Assembly: GCA_043824495.1 (NCBI GenBank)
Contig: JBDRSV010000024.1
Span: forward strand, 32,001 to 96,000
DNA length: 64,000 nt
From: Candidatus Aenigmatarchaeota archaeon
GTDB taxonomy: Archaea > Aenigmatarchaeota > Aenigmatarchaeia > QMZP01
Direction: 5' to 3'
In this document: one piece after another, positions 1-9,667 of the stretch
Layout of the letters: every line of letters begins with the position of its first letter
Numbering within the stretch: position 1 is the first letter of the stretch
The notes under the pieces: model-generated
What the model saw: the letters and a program-made list of their open reading frames with translations, nothing else
The model's database searches: none
Told to the model about the DNA's origin: nothing
Position numbers and translations under genes: made by a program

Positions 1-3000
1 GTATCTCCTATGGTAGTGGATAAAGCTCCTTTCATCCAAGCAGGTGGACTCATATCTCTTACGAATACGCCGCTACCAGAAATTCCATCTCCTCCATTGG
101 GTAGTGGATATGAAGAGCTTATACCATCCCCGTTATCGTCATATTGTGGAGCTTCATCAACATAATCATTCTCAGATACATAATTAAATACTTCGTCTAA
201 TGTTGCTATACTGTCATTATTCACATCTGCTAAACTTGGATTATTAAGAACATCTCTGAAAAGTTGCATGAAAACATTTCCGTATGAAACATCTTCTTCA
301 AGAGAAGCTGCCATTATAATCATATTGCTTCTGCTTAAATCATCAATGAATCCTCCTCCAAAACAAGGAAGTATATATACGATTATATTTGCGATGTCTA
401 GTGCATCTGTGTATACTTTCAAATCATCGTCTGTTAATTTGTGTCCATAAATATACAACCACTCGTCTATACTCACCCAATCGTTCATATCTCCATCATC
501 GTTTACATCTATCCCATCAAATAATCCTTGATTATCCAAATCAGTTCCATCTACATCCAGCAAAGAAGTGTTGCAATCTGATAGATTATCTTTATCACAT
601 AGACAATCTACATCTATATCCAATCTATCATCTAAACCTGAATCAAATATACAGTAAGTTGATCCAGGAGTTTGGCTGCTTATACTGCTATAATCATCTA
701 CAAAAACATCGGGTAGTCCCCAGTCATCTTCATCGAATACACCAGTAGTGTTATTATACGGAGGAATTCCATCACCGTCATAATCCAATACTTCACCATC
801 AATAGATTCAATGCGTCCATTTTTGTCCAGGTCACTCATCAAATAATCAATAAATCTCTCAACAAAAATATCAGTATCTGCGCTAATATTAGTCCCATTC
901 TCTAGCGGAGTTTCATTGAAACTACTCAAGAAAATATGCCTATACATACCATAACTTCCCGAAGAATTGTATTCGTATCTTACCATCCAATTATTCATGC
1001 CATGGTTTGTTCTATAATCTCCTCCGATGTATAAACTTCTTAATTTCAAATTACTTTCTATATAGTCTTGCTCATCTCCTGGTGATACCTCTGGTTTTGA
1101 ATATGAAAAGCCGTGATAAGCACCACCTTCCCATGTGCCTCCTAATCCGGCATATCCTGCCCCGTGATCACTTATCCATAAAATTAAATTATCGTCTTGA
1201 TCTATCACATTTGCTATTTCATTGAAAACTAAATCAATATTATCTAAAGTTGCCGAATAGTCTATCATATTATTTGGATTGTTTCCGTCTGGATCTGTTC
1301 CATCATGATTTATAACGTAAATTTTATCAGGATCCATTCCATATCTGTTGATAAACACAGGATACATCTGCTGAACATCTGTCCAGTATCTCGAGTCACT
1401 TCCGCCATTTAACATAATTATGTACTGTTCTTTTACACCATCTGGTGGTGCAGTGGTTATCCATGATGTAGTTGTTTTTGGTCTTTCTACTTCTGCTTGC
1501 TCTCCACGTTCTGTTCTAACCTCGACTGTTATTGTATCAGAGGCTGAAAGTCCAGCGAAAGATGATGTCTTCAAAAGAGCGTTGTAAATTCCCGCTGTTG
1601 TATAGACATGTGTAGTGTAACCAGAAACAGATTCATAATCAAAATTATCGTCTCCATCAAAATCCCATTGATAAGAAAGTGTTTCATCATCTATAGAATA
1701 ACCTTCTCCTCTAAACCGCGTTTCTTGATTTACATAAGTTATAATATTCTTTCCAGCAGATGCTACAACTTCTGGAAAAAGTTTGACAGGATCAGATGTT
1801 TCACAATCTGATGGGCAGCTACTGAATGTTTCATCATAGTTACAAACTCCATCACCACATGAACCAAAAATAAATCCTGGGCTGGTAAAATCATGTGTTG
1901 CTGGTTCTTCTGGATCTAGAACAGCTTGTATGCTTCCACATTCTCCTCCAAGACATGTAACATTAGACGTGAAATTAAAGAACTCGTCTTTACTAACATT
2001 TGTATTCACAACAGGGTCAATAAGAGTTGTTTGTAATTGACCCCATGGAATAAACATACCAACAAAACCTATGTCATACTGTGGCTGATCATCATAACAT
2101 GTGACATTTAGTCTGAAATCTCCAGAATCATTTATTGTAACATCGGGATTATCATATTCCCAAATATCACCGCCTGTGTTTGTCCCGGATTGATTAAAGA
2201 AGATATTTGAATCAGGAATGTTCTCAAATCTGAAATGAACACTTGTAATAAGTCCATCTTGGCTAGTGCAATTAGTTCTTACAGAATTCAGAATATCTCC
2301 GTATGTGAGTAGGCATAAATTGTCCCAGATACCATTGATCCTACATTCAATTTCATTTACTGACGGAGGAATAATCGTATTCGAATCAATACTACCATTG
2401 TTGATAATCAAAGAAGCTGGAGTGCCTCCACTAGAATTTGTCCATCCAACATTAGTGATGTTTACAAAAGAATTTCCTGTATTGTTTGCGAAAAATGTTA
2501 TTGTGGTAGTAACATTCTCATTATCATTAACACCAGAACTATTTCTTGTTATATTCACATTATCAATAAGACCAGAAACATTGGAGTAGCTAAAGAAAGT
2601 TAGATTACCTCCAGATTGGCTGAGCATAGGCCCTTCTGTTATCGAAACGAACGAAAGAATACTTTCATTATATTCAATGTCATATTGCAGAGAATGTAAA
2701 TCATTTGAACCAAGAGGAGCTTTAGCTCTAATTTCTATAACAACATTATTTCCTACATATACCGGAGATGATGGAGAAACAAATAATTCATTTGGATCAG
2801 ATTGGAGTGATATAAAAGAAAGAGTTGCTGTCATTGTCATACTTGAATTAGAAATGTTGGAAATAGACACGCCTGTCAGATTTGAATAATAGTCATTAGA
2901 ATCTGGAATACTTGTGGCATCAAAAATTCTATTGTTTGTTGGTCCAGGGTAGATATCTTCTGCATCACCGTTTCCTATCTGTTTTTCCAATTCCCATAAA

Positions 3001-4223
3001 CCATCTGCCTGTTCCAATGCTACTAGAAAATGTGAGAATGGGCTCATTCCAGGATACCATTCCATATTATTGCTACTCTTTGCCTCGTCTATGTGCCATA
3101 TTAAAAGACCTGTTCCCCGAAGAGGAATATCGTAACCAAGTCTCTGCCTATTTTCTACAAGAAAATATTGAGATAGTTGAGTGTTATTTGTCCATAGCCT
3201 ATAGATGCTCTCATTTGATGTTTCCGAAGCTGGAAGCTGTACTGTTGTTAGAGACGAGTTTATGAACAATGGATCAGCGAAGCCTAATTGTATCTTACTC
3301 CAAGCACTTAGATGTGATGGAGAATCTCCGTTGTTGACGATACCCATCCAAGATCCATGACCCATTACACCCCAGACGCCAATACCTCTTGAGCTGCCAT
3401 CAATATCATAAAGATCAGGCAATCCAAATATATGACCCCATTCATGAACAACAACGCCTATAGTTAGGTTCAATGTATCATATGTAACTTCTGGAAAAAT
3501 ACAGTAATCAGAAATAATAACACCGTCTCTAGTTAGAGGAGTTCTCAAATTCCATTTATGAGACCATATATCGTATGGATTTCCTGTGATCTCTGCCCCT
3601 TTACCTGCATGTATAACAGTAAATCCTTCTACTCTGCCATCACCGTCATTATCATAGTCTGCAAAATTAACAAATGAATCAACGAGATCTACTGCCTCTT
3701 CTGCCAGTCTCTGAGCATTATTAGGATAAGCCATACTAATACCATATGTCCCGTTTGCATAGAAAGAGGAGTTCTGAGAAGCTGTGTGCCATCCTAGTAT
3801 AGAAGGTAAATTAACAGTTGTTATATCAAATTTACCATAACTGTTCTCTAAATAGAAATGTCTTGCAGATGGTTGAGTTGTTCCAAATATTCTGTCGTCA
3901 TAAAAATCTTCTGGGATCACATGCGGCTTGTTAGGAAAATCAACTAGGATAAGTAACATCTTGAAAGTTGTATTATCAATAGATGTTGTTATTCTGTTTC
4001 CTGGAGGAGCTAAAGCCGCAAGATCTAAAAGCTTTCCAGGTTTATCCAAGCCAGAAGTTCGTGCTACTGTATATTCGGGTGTAGTGAAAGGGTTTGGTAT
4101 TTCTCCCCTTTCTATTTTTCCTTGGACATCTGGAGAAGGAGCTACAGCCATTGTAGTTGAAATAGAAATTGATAAGACTGATAAAAAGACTACTAAAGCT
4201 AACAACACTGAAACAATCCTCAT
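1..4223 (-). CDS. Large secreted multidomain protease (>1400 aa; 3' end beyond window start): M6 (immune inhibitor A-like) metalloprotease + cohesin-like + PKD + caspase/legumain-like (clan CD) domain
   Basis: Not in the ORF track because no stop lies in the window. Translated by hand from ATG at 4223, and the frame was open at every stretch checked down to position 3. Signal peptide MRIVSVLLALVVFLSVLSISISTTMA; HEWGHIFGLPDLYD zinc motif (3432-3446); cohesin-like segment ~2425-2790; PKD-like YQWDFDGD...HVYTTAGIYNA ~1520-1770; LWISDHG (His 1164-1166) and ILPCFGGGF (Cys 363-365). Confidence 0.85.
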   Translation of the reverse strand, partial: MRIVSVLLALVVFLSVLSISISTTMAVAPSPDVQGKIERGEIPNPFTTPEYTVARTSGLDKPGKLLDLAALAPPGNRITTSIDNTTFKMLLILVDFPNKPHVIPEDFYDDRIFGTTQPSARHFYLENSYGKFDITTVNLPSILGWHTASQNSSFYANGTYGISMAYPNNAQRLAEEAVDLVDSFVNFADYDNDGDGRVEGFTVIHAGKGAEITGNPYDIWSHKWNLRTPLTRDGVIISDYCIFPEVTYDTLNLTIGVVVHEWGHIFGLPDLYDIDGSSRGIGVWGVMGHGSWMGIVNNGDSPSHLSAWSKIQLGFADPLFINSSLTTVQLPASETSNESIYRLWTNNTQLSQYFLVENRQRLGYDIPLRGTGLLIWHIDEAKSSNNMEWYPGMSPFSHFLVALEQADGLWELEKQIGNGDAEDIYPGPTNNRIFDATSIPDSNDYYSNLTGVSISNISNSSMTMTATLSFISLQSDPNELFVSPSSPVYVGNNVVIEIRAKAPLGSNDLHSLQYDIEYNESILSFVSITEGPMLSQSGGNLTFFSYSNVSGLIDNVNITRNSSGVNDNENVTTTITFFANNTGNSFVNITNVGWTNSSGGTPASLIINNGSIDSNTIIPPSVNEIECRINGIWDNLCLLTYGDILNSVRTNCTSQDGLITSVHFRFENIPDSNIFFNQSGTNTGGDIWEYDNPDVTINDSGDFRLNVTCYDDQPQYDIGFVGMFIPWGQLQTTLIDPVVNTNVSKDEFFNFTSNVTCLGGECGSIQAVLDPEEPATHDFTSPGFIFGSCGDGVCNYDETFSSCPSDCETSDPVKLFPEVVASAGKNIITYVNQETRFRGEGYSIDDETLSYQWDFDGDDNFDYESVSGYTTHVYTTAGIYNALLKTSSFAGLSASDTITVEVRTERGEQAEVERPKTTTSWITTAPPDGVKEQYIIMLNGGSDSRYWTDVQQMYPVFINRYGMDPDKIYVINHDGTDPDGNNPNNMIDYSATLDNIDLVFNEIANVIDQDDNLILWISDHGAGYAGLGGTWEGGAYHGFSYSKPEVSPGDEQDYIESNLKLRSLYIGGDYRTNHGMNNWMVRYEYNSSGSYGMYRHIFLSSFNETPLENGTNISADTDIFVERFIDYLMSDLDKNGRIESIDGEVLDYDGDGIPPYNNTTGVFDEDDWGLPDVFVDDYSSISSQTPGSTYCIFDSGLDDRLDIDVDCLCDKDNLSDCNTSLLDVDGTDLDNQGLFDGIDVNDDGDMNDWVSIDEWLYIYGHKLTDDDLKVYTDALDIANIIVYILPCFGGGFIDDLSRSNMIIMAASLEEDVSYGNVFMQLFRDVLNNPSLADVNNDSIATLDEVFNYVSENDYVDEAPQYDDNGDGISSSYPLPNGGDGISGSGVFVRDMSPPAWMKGALSTTIGD

Positions 4224-4295
4224 GATATCTATATATTAATTAGAATTGTAAGCATATATTGGTAGCTATATAAAGGACTTTTTTAAAATCATAAT

Positions 4296-5135
4296 ATGAA
4301 AGTAATATCTTCTCTTAGAGCAGCTGAATATGTGTCAGATTGGCATCCAGAATCTCCAGATAGGCTCTTATCTTCTCTAGGTTTTGTAAAAGATAAAGGA
4401 TTCGAAATTATTGAACCAAGAGAAGCGCATGAACAGGATGTGATGCTTGTTCATGATATAGATCTTATAGAGAGTGTGAAAGCGAATGATTACTTTGAAC
4501 CTGATACACCAAACATAGAAAACATATACGAATATGCACTACTAGCTGCAGGAGCAGCTCTTGAAGCTCAGAAATTGTGTTCTAGAGAGTTTATCTTCTC
4601 TCTAATGAGACCTCCTGGTCACCATGCAAGAAGAGGTTTCTTAGGAGGATTCTGTTATTTCAACAATATAGCTATAGCTGTTTATAGAGCTTTACAAAAA
4701 TACAAAAAAATAGCTGTGATTGACATAGACAATCATCATGGTGATGGCTCGCAGGACATATTTATCAACAATCCTAAAATTCTTTACGTGTCACTTCACG
4801 AACATCCTTTTTTCCCAGGAACGGGATTGCGATCGGAAGCCAATTGTTTAAACTATCCTTTGCCTGCAGGAACCGAAGAGAAAACATATATAAAAACACT
4901 AGAAGAGGCGTTGATTCATGTAAAAAAATTTGAACCGGATTTAATAGCAATATCTGCAGGATTCGATACACATAGAGATGATCCACTTGGTAACATGAGA
5001 CTTGAAGTAAGCTCATATCAAAAAATAGCCGAATTAATCAAGAACTTAAATAAGCCTACATTTGCGGTATTGGAAGGTGGTTACTCTACATCTTTACCGC
5101 AGTGTATATATAGCTTCTTGAAAGGATTTAGTTGA
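4296..5135 (+). CDS. Histone deacetylase family (class II-like) deacetylase
   Basis: RPPGHHA, GFCYFNN, DIDNHHGDG, SAGFD and LEGGY motifs. Confidence 0.93.
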   Translation: MKVISSLRAAEYVSDWHPESPDRLLSSLGFVKDKGFEIIEPREAHEQDVMLVHDIDLIESVKANDYFEPDTPNIENIYEYALLAAGAALEAQKLCSREFIFSLMRPPGHHARRGFLGGFCYFNNIAIAVYRALQKYKKIAVIDIDNHHGDGSQDIFINNPKILYVSLHEHPFFPGTGLRSEANCLNYPLPAGTEEKTYIKTLEEALIHVKKFEPDLIAISAGFDTHRDDPLGNMRLEVSSYQKIAELIKNLNKPTFAVLEGGYSTSLPQCIYSFLKGFS

Positions 5136-5146
5136 ATTAAATAAAA

Positions 5147-6463
5147 TTAAAAAGAGTATAAAATTCTCTTCAAATCCTCAGGTATATTAATTCTGTATTT
5201 ATCCTGAAAAAACTCATAGTCACCCTTATGATAAGTGTAGTGATGTTTTTCTATAAGTTCTACGAATTTATTTTTTTTGAGTGTTCTGAGATAATTTCTA
5301 GCAGCTCCAAGAGAAACATCCAAAACATCACTGATATTGTTTGTAGTGAAATAGCCTTTGGATTTTTGTGTCTTTTCTAGTTGTTTTATAAAGAGAGAAA
5401 AATCATATAATTTCCTCTTAAGCTCACTTCTTAAATAACCTTTGTTTATATTTAGCAGAGGCCACAATCTCAAAAAATTATAATATCCGTTGATGTTCAA
5501 GTAATACATAAGTTTCCACTTCTTAAGAGTCTTATCATAATAATTAGATGGCTTTCTAAAAGTGCTGTGTATATTACATATATTCAGTAATTCTCTGAGC
5601 TCTTTGAGAACATGCGGTGCCATGTTTTCTTTATCTAGAATTGTATGTTTTTCTTTACTGCTAGATTTTATACCGGATGAGAGTGCTATATAAATTCCTC
5701 CAGCATTAATATGTCCTTCATCGTCTATGAATTGAGAAACACATGAACCGATAAGATTGGGATCTTTTAACTCCTTTAAAATTTTATTCAAATATGTTTC
5801 TCTTAATACTTTGCTTCCAGTGATAAATCCTAGGGATTCTACGTATATTTGTCCAAGTATTCCTGTGAAATATATCTCTTGAGCTCCAGATACTTTTCTC
5901 TTAGAGTGATTTACTATACCAAAAGTATGTCTGATACATCGAAATACCTCTTCATGTAGATCATTATTTGAATTTACATATCCTATTCTTACGTGGCCAG
6001 AATAATCTTTGGTTATATACCCATCTCCAAAGGGGAATGTTAAGCATTTAACTCCTTCTGGTGTATTGAAATCAAATGGAAATTTCCTCATAAGAAAATT
6101 CCCCTCCTTCAAGTAGGGTATTATTGAGCCTCCCCTTGATGATTCTATGGAATATAAATATTTTTCTAAAAAATCTATAGAGTATTTTTTAATTCCATTT
6201 CGTTCAAGATAAGAGCAAATTTTTAACAAATGCTCGAGTCTAATTTTTCTTTTATAGGAAAGCGTCTTATAAATTAATGTTCTTGGTATACCAATTTCTT
6301 TTGATACACGTTTTATATCCACTGCTTGTTGTTGAAAATCCTTGATAAGTCTCTTTAAAAAATTCCTGTCCTCTTTGATTCCTATCAATTTATTGTTTTT
6401 GTTTAATCTCAATTTACCAAAAGACAGATAAGTACTCTTTGGTAAATCATCTAGTCTTATCAT
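5147..6463 (-). CDS. Free-standing LAGLIDADG-like endonuclease-domain protein with N- and C-terminal HTH-like regions
   Basis: Two LAGLIDADG-like motifs (LTFPFGDGYI ~6020; VSQFIDDEGHI ~5720). N-terminal IKRVSKEIGIPRTLIYK and C-terminal TTNNISDVLDVSLGAARNYLRTL resemble HTH/wHTH. No intein splicing motifs. Confidence 0.65.
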   Translation of the reverse strand: MIRLDDLPKSTYLSFGKLRLNKNNKLIGIKEDRNFLKRLIKDFQQQAVDIKRVSKEIGIPRTLIYKTLSYKRKIRLEHLLKICSYLERNGIKKYSIDFLEKYLYSIESSRGGSIIPYLKEGNFLMRKFPFDFNTPEGVKCLTFPFGDGYITKDYSGHVRIGYVNSNNDLHEEVFRCIRHTFGIVNHSKRKVSGAQEIYFTGILGQIYVESLGFITGSKVLRETYLNKILKELKDPNLIGSCVSQFIDDEGHINAGGIYIALSSGIKSSSKEKHTILDKENMAPHVLKELRELLNICNIHSTFRKPSNYYDKTLKKWKLMYYLNINGYYNFLRLWPLLNINKGYLRSELKRKLYDFSLFIKQLEKTQKSKGYFTTNNISDVLDVSLGAARNYLRTLKKNKFVELIEKHHYTYHKGDYEFFQDKYRINIPEDLKRILYSF

Positions 6464-6546
6464 AATATATTTACAATTATAGATATATAAATATTACTAT
6501 GGATAAGGAACACAACATATTTAATAATGGTCTCTATTACAATATT

Positions 6547-7359
6547 ATGAAAAAAGGAATATTATTGGTTATTGTTGTCGTAGTCCTTGGTGCTATGGGT
6601 TATATTCTTCTCGATTTACCAGGGTCTGAAATAGTACCTGATATTAGATTACAAGGAGAATCAGCAGTTATAGATCGTGTTATAGATGGAGATACGGTAG
6701 AGCTAGAAAACGGAGATAAAGTAAGACTTCTGGGAATAGATACTCCTGAAAAAGGTCAACTGTTTTATGGAGAAGCAACTAGATGGCTAGAAGAGCGTGT
6801 GCTAAATAAAGAAGTTTGGCTAGAGCCTGGAAAAGAAAACAAAGACAAGTATGACAGGTTTCTAAGATACATATTCGTGGGAAGCACTTTCATCAACTTG
6901 GAGCTTGTAAAAACAGGCTATGCAACTTCTTACATTTTTGAAGAAGATCAATATTCAGAAGTGATTCGAGAAGCAGAGCAGGAAGCTAGAAGAGATGGTC
7001 TCGGTTTGTGGGGAGTGGCTAGTCTGAAAGCATTCTGTCTAGGAATATACAATTTCCATTACAATGCAAAAGGAGATGACAACGAGAATCTAAATGATGA
7101 ATACATAGAATTTAGAAACAAATGTACTCATCCTATACAAATAACTGGATGGGTATTGTTTGATTCTAAGAATACTATATACAGGGTACCAAATGTTACA
7201 GTTATGAACAAAACAATAATAACAGTTCATACAGGGACAGGACAAAACACAGAAGAAGATTTATTCTGGGGATTAGAGAGAGCTGTGTGGAACAATGATG
7301 GAGATAAATTGACCATGCTTGATGCTGAAGGAAACGGGATGCTTGAGTATGAGTACTAG
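6547..7359 (+). CDS. Membrane-anchored thermonuclease (SNase) with C-terminal lamin-tail domain
   Basis: N-terminal TM helix; VIDGDT, VRLLGIDTPE, DKYDRFLRY, AEQEARRDGLGLW; NDEYIEFRN...VWNNDGD LTD signature. Upstream in-frame ATG at 6499 is an alternative start. Confidence 0.88.
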   Translation: MKKGILLVIVVVVLGAMGYILLDLPGSEIVPDIRLQGESAVIDRVIDGDTVELENGDKVRLLGIDTPEKGQLFYGEATRWLEERVLNKEVWLEPGKENKDKYDRFLRYIFVGSTFINLELVKTGYATSYIFEEDQYSEVIREAEQEARRDGLGLWGVASLKAFCLGIYNFHYNAKGDDNENLNDEYIEFRNKCTHPIQITGWVLFDSKNTIYRVPNVTVMNKTIITVHTGTGQNTEEDLFWGLERAVWNNDGDKLTMLDAEGNGMLEYEY

Positions 7360-7390
7360 CTTTAAATATACAAAACACTAATCTGAAACC

Positions 7391-8149
7391 ATGAAACAAG
7401 GAGATTTTTTACTTATTGACTTCATAGGTAGAGTAGAGAATACAGGTGAAATATTCGATCTCACAATGGAAGATGTAGCTAAAAAGGAAGATGTCTACAT
7501 CGAAGAGCAGAAGTATGAGCCTAAGTTTGTCATAATAGGTGCAGATATGATTATCAAGGGAGTGGAAGAACACCTCCTCAAAATGAATGTGGGTGACAAA
7601 AAGAAATTTAATGTGACTTATGATAAAGCATTCGGAAAAAGAAATCCACAGCTAATTAAGATTTTCTCCTTAAACAAATTCTATGAACAGAAAATAAACC
7701 CTATGCCTGGTTTATTTGTTACTATAGATAACATGAGAGCAAGAATTCAAAGTGTTTCAGGTGGAAGAGTCAGAGTAGATTTCAATAATCCTTTATCTGG
7801 GAAAGATCTTGTCTATGAAATAACGATAATCAAACAAATCAAAGAAATCATGGAAAAGATAAAATCTCTTCTATCATACCAGAAGATGAAAGCTGAACCT
7901 AAATTAGTGGAAGACAAACTTACATTAGAAACAGAAAAGAAACTACCTCCTGTGATAGAGCACATGCTTGGTGAAACAATCAAGAAATGGGTTACAGAGG
8001 TTAAAGAAATAAAATTTGTTTTAAAAGAAGACAAACCAGCTGTCAAAAAAGAAACAAAAGCTGAAACAAAAGCTGAAACAAAAGCTGAAAAAGAACCGGA
8101 AAAAACTGAAAATGTCTCTGAAAAAGAAACAACTGAGGCTAAAGAGTAG
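7391..8149 (+). CDS. Long-type FKBP peptidyl-prolyl cis-trans isomerase (SlyD/FKBP26-like)
   Basis: FLLIDFIGRV..GEIFDLT, AFGKRNP, VRVDFNNPLSGKDL; K/E-rich tail with ETKA repeats. Confidence 0.9.
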   Translation: MKQGDFLLIDFIGRVENTGEIFDLTMEDVAKKEDVYIEEQKYEPKFVIIGADMIIKGVEEHLLKMNVGDKKKFNVTYDKAFGKRNPQLIKIFSLNKFYEQKINPMPGLFVTIDNMRARIQSVSGGRVRVDFNNPLSGKDLVYEITIIKQIKEIMEKIKSLLSYQKMKAEPKLVEDKLTLETEKKLPPVIEHMLGETIKKWVTEVKEIKFVLKEDKPAVKKETKAETKAETKAEKEPEKTENVSEKETTEAKE

Positions 8150-8204
8150 TCTATTCTAACTGCTTTTATTTTTAGATTAAAACAAAAGAGTTCCCAGTGG
8201 ATAG

Positions 8205-8230
8205 TTTCCACATGAAATTTCCAAATGAAA
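8205..8230. promoter_or_regulatory. Tandem 13-bp repeat of a TTTC-N5-GAAA dyad upstream of ftsZ (putative operator)
   Basis: tttccacatgaaa (8205-8217) is followed immediately by tttccaaatgaaa (8218-8230), ~70 bp upstream of the ftsZ ATG. Confidence 0.35.
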
Positions 8231-8299
8231 TAAACATAATCTATTAAAAACTTACTTTCATAGATATTCTTATCCGAACATGGAAATGGAGGATTTATT

Positions 8300-9394
8300 A
8301 TGACATCTAGTGGTTCTGTATTTGTTGACGAAAGATTAGGAAGAAATTACGAGACTGATGATGAGTTAAGAAAAATTCTTGAAACAAGAAAAGCTGAAAT
8401 TAAAGTAGTTGGTTGCGGTGGAGCAGGAGGCAACACAATTTCTCGTTTGATGCAAGTTGGCATTGTAGGTGCTGAAACAATTGCATTGAATACTGATGCT
8501 CAAGATTTATTATACACCGATGCAGATAAGAAGATTCTTATCGGAAGGGAAGTATCAGGCGGTTTAGGAGCTGGTGCTGATCCAAAGATTGGTAATGAGG
8601 CAGCAAAAGAATCCAAAGATGAGATCAAGAAAGCTCTTGAGGGCGCAGATATGGTTTTCATCAACTGTGGTTTAGGTGGTGGAACAGGTACGGGTTCAAG
8701 CCCACTGGTTGCTGATATTGCAAAGAAGATTGGAGCTTTAACAGTGGCTATTGTAACAATTCCATTCACAATGGAAGGAAACCAGAGAGCTAAAAACGCT
8801 CAAACAGGATTAGAGAATCTAGAAACAGTTGTTGACACTTTGATAGTAATACCAAATGACAAGCTTTTGGACATTGTTCCAGATGTTTCAGTAACTACAG
8901 CATTCAAGGTTGCTGATGAAATACTAGTAAATGCTGTAAAAGGCATTGCGGAACTGATTACAAAACCAGGTCTTGTCAACTTAGACTTTGCAGACATCAG
9001 AGCAGTTATGGGTTCTGGTGGATTAGCAATGATAGGTATGGGTGAATCTGATTCAGAAAATAGAGCAATGGAATCAGTTGAAAAAGCTTTGAGTAATCCA
9101 CTCCTAGATGTGAACATTGAAGGTGCATCTGGAGCTTTGATAAATGTTTCAGGTGGAGCTGATATAACAATCAAGGAGTGCCAAGACATAGTAGAAGGTG
9201 TGTCACAGAAGATCAGTCCAAACGCAAAGATCATCTGGGGTGCTCAAATAATTAAAGAGCTTGGAGATACAATCAGGGCAATGTTGATTGTGACAGGAGT
9301 TAAATCCTCACAAATCTATGGGCCTGAGAAAACATTCAAGCTTGAAAAACAAAGGGAGATTGAAAGGGTCTTGGGAATAGACTTTGTGGATTAA
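8300..9394 (+). CDS. ftsZ: Cell division protein FtsZ
   Basis: [20 protein letters not shown] tubulin signature, NLDFAD. Confidence 0.98.
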   Translation: MTSSGSVFVDERLGRNYETDDELRKILETRKAEIKVVGCGGAGGNTISRLMQVGIVGAETIALNTDAQDLLYTDADKKILIGREVSGGLGAGADPKIGNEAAKESKDEIKKALEGADMVFINCGLGGGTGTGSSPLVADIAKKIGALTVAIVTIPFTMEGNQRAKNAQTGLENLETVVDTLIVIPNDKLLDIVPDVSVTTAFKVADEILVNAVKGIAELITKPGLVNLDFADIRAVMGSGGLAMIGMGESDSENRAMESVEKALSNPLLDVNIEGASGALINVSGGADITIKECQDIVEGVSQKISPNAKIIWGAQIIKELGDTIRAMLIVTGVKSSQIYGPEKTFKLEKQREIERVLGIDFVD

Positions 9395-9403
9395 GTGATT
9401 ATT

Positions 9404-9667
9404 ATGGCAGTAGATACAGAATTCAGACCTCAAGAAACAAAAATCAAATTCGAATTTGATGTTCCAAATGAGGTCATAAAATTTATTGAAAGACATAGTG
9501 GTAGTGAAGGCGCTATGAGAATATTCGAACAAATCTTTTCAGATGGTGTTTCAAGACACATAAACGAAATTCTACAGGATTTGAACAGCATAAAGAATTT
9601 TGCTCAGAATCCAGAAATTGGTTTAAGAAAAACACAGTCAAGATCTGACCCTCAACCTTTTGTTTAA
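9404..9667 (+). CDS. Small hypothetical protein coupled to ftsZ
   Basis: 87-aa ORF 9 bp after the ftsZ stop, with a GTGA SD-like sequence; host-like composition; no recognised family. Confidence 0.55.
   Translation: MAVDTEFRPQETKIKFEFDVPNEVIKFIERHSGSEGAMRIFEQIFSDGVSRHINEILQDLNSIKNFAQNPEIGLRKTQSRSDPQPFV

Noticed and set aside
5147-6463. Intein or intron-encoded status for the LAGLIDADG ORF
   Set aside because: No N-terminal Cys/Ser block, no C-terminal His-Asn, and no flanking host gene or rRNA/tRNA exons.
8051-8090. 12-bp tandem repeat (gaaacaaaagct x3)
   Set aside because: Ordinary low-complexity coding repeat (ETKA) in the FKBP tail; not CRISPR or regulatory.
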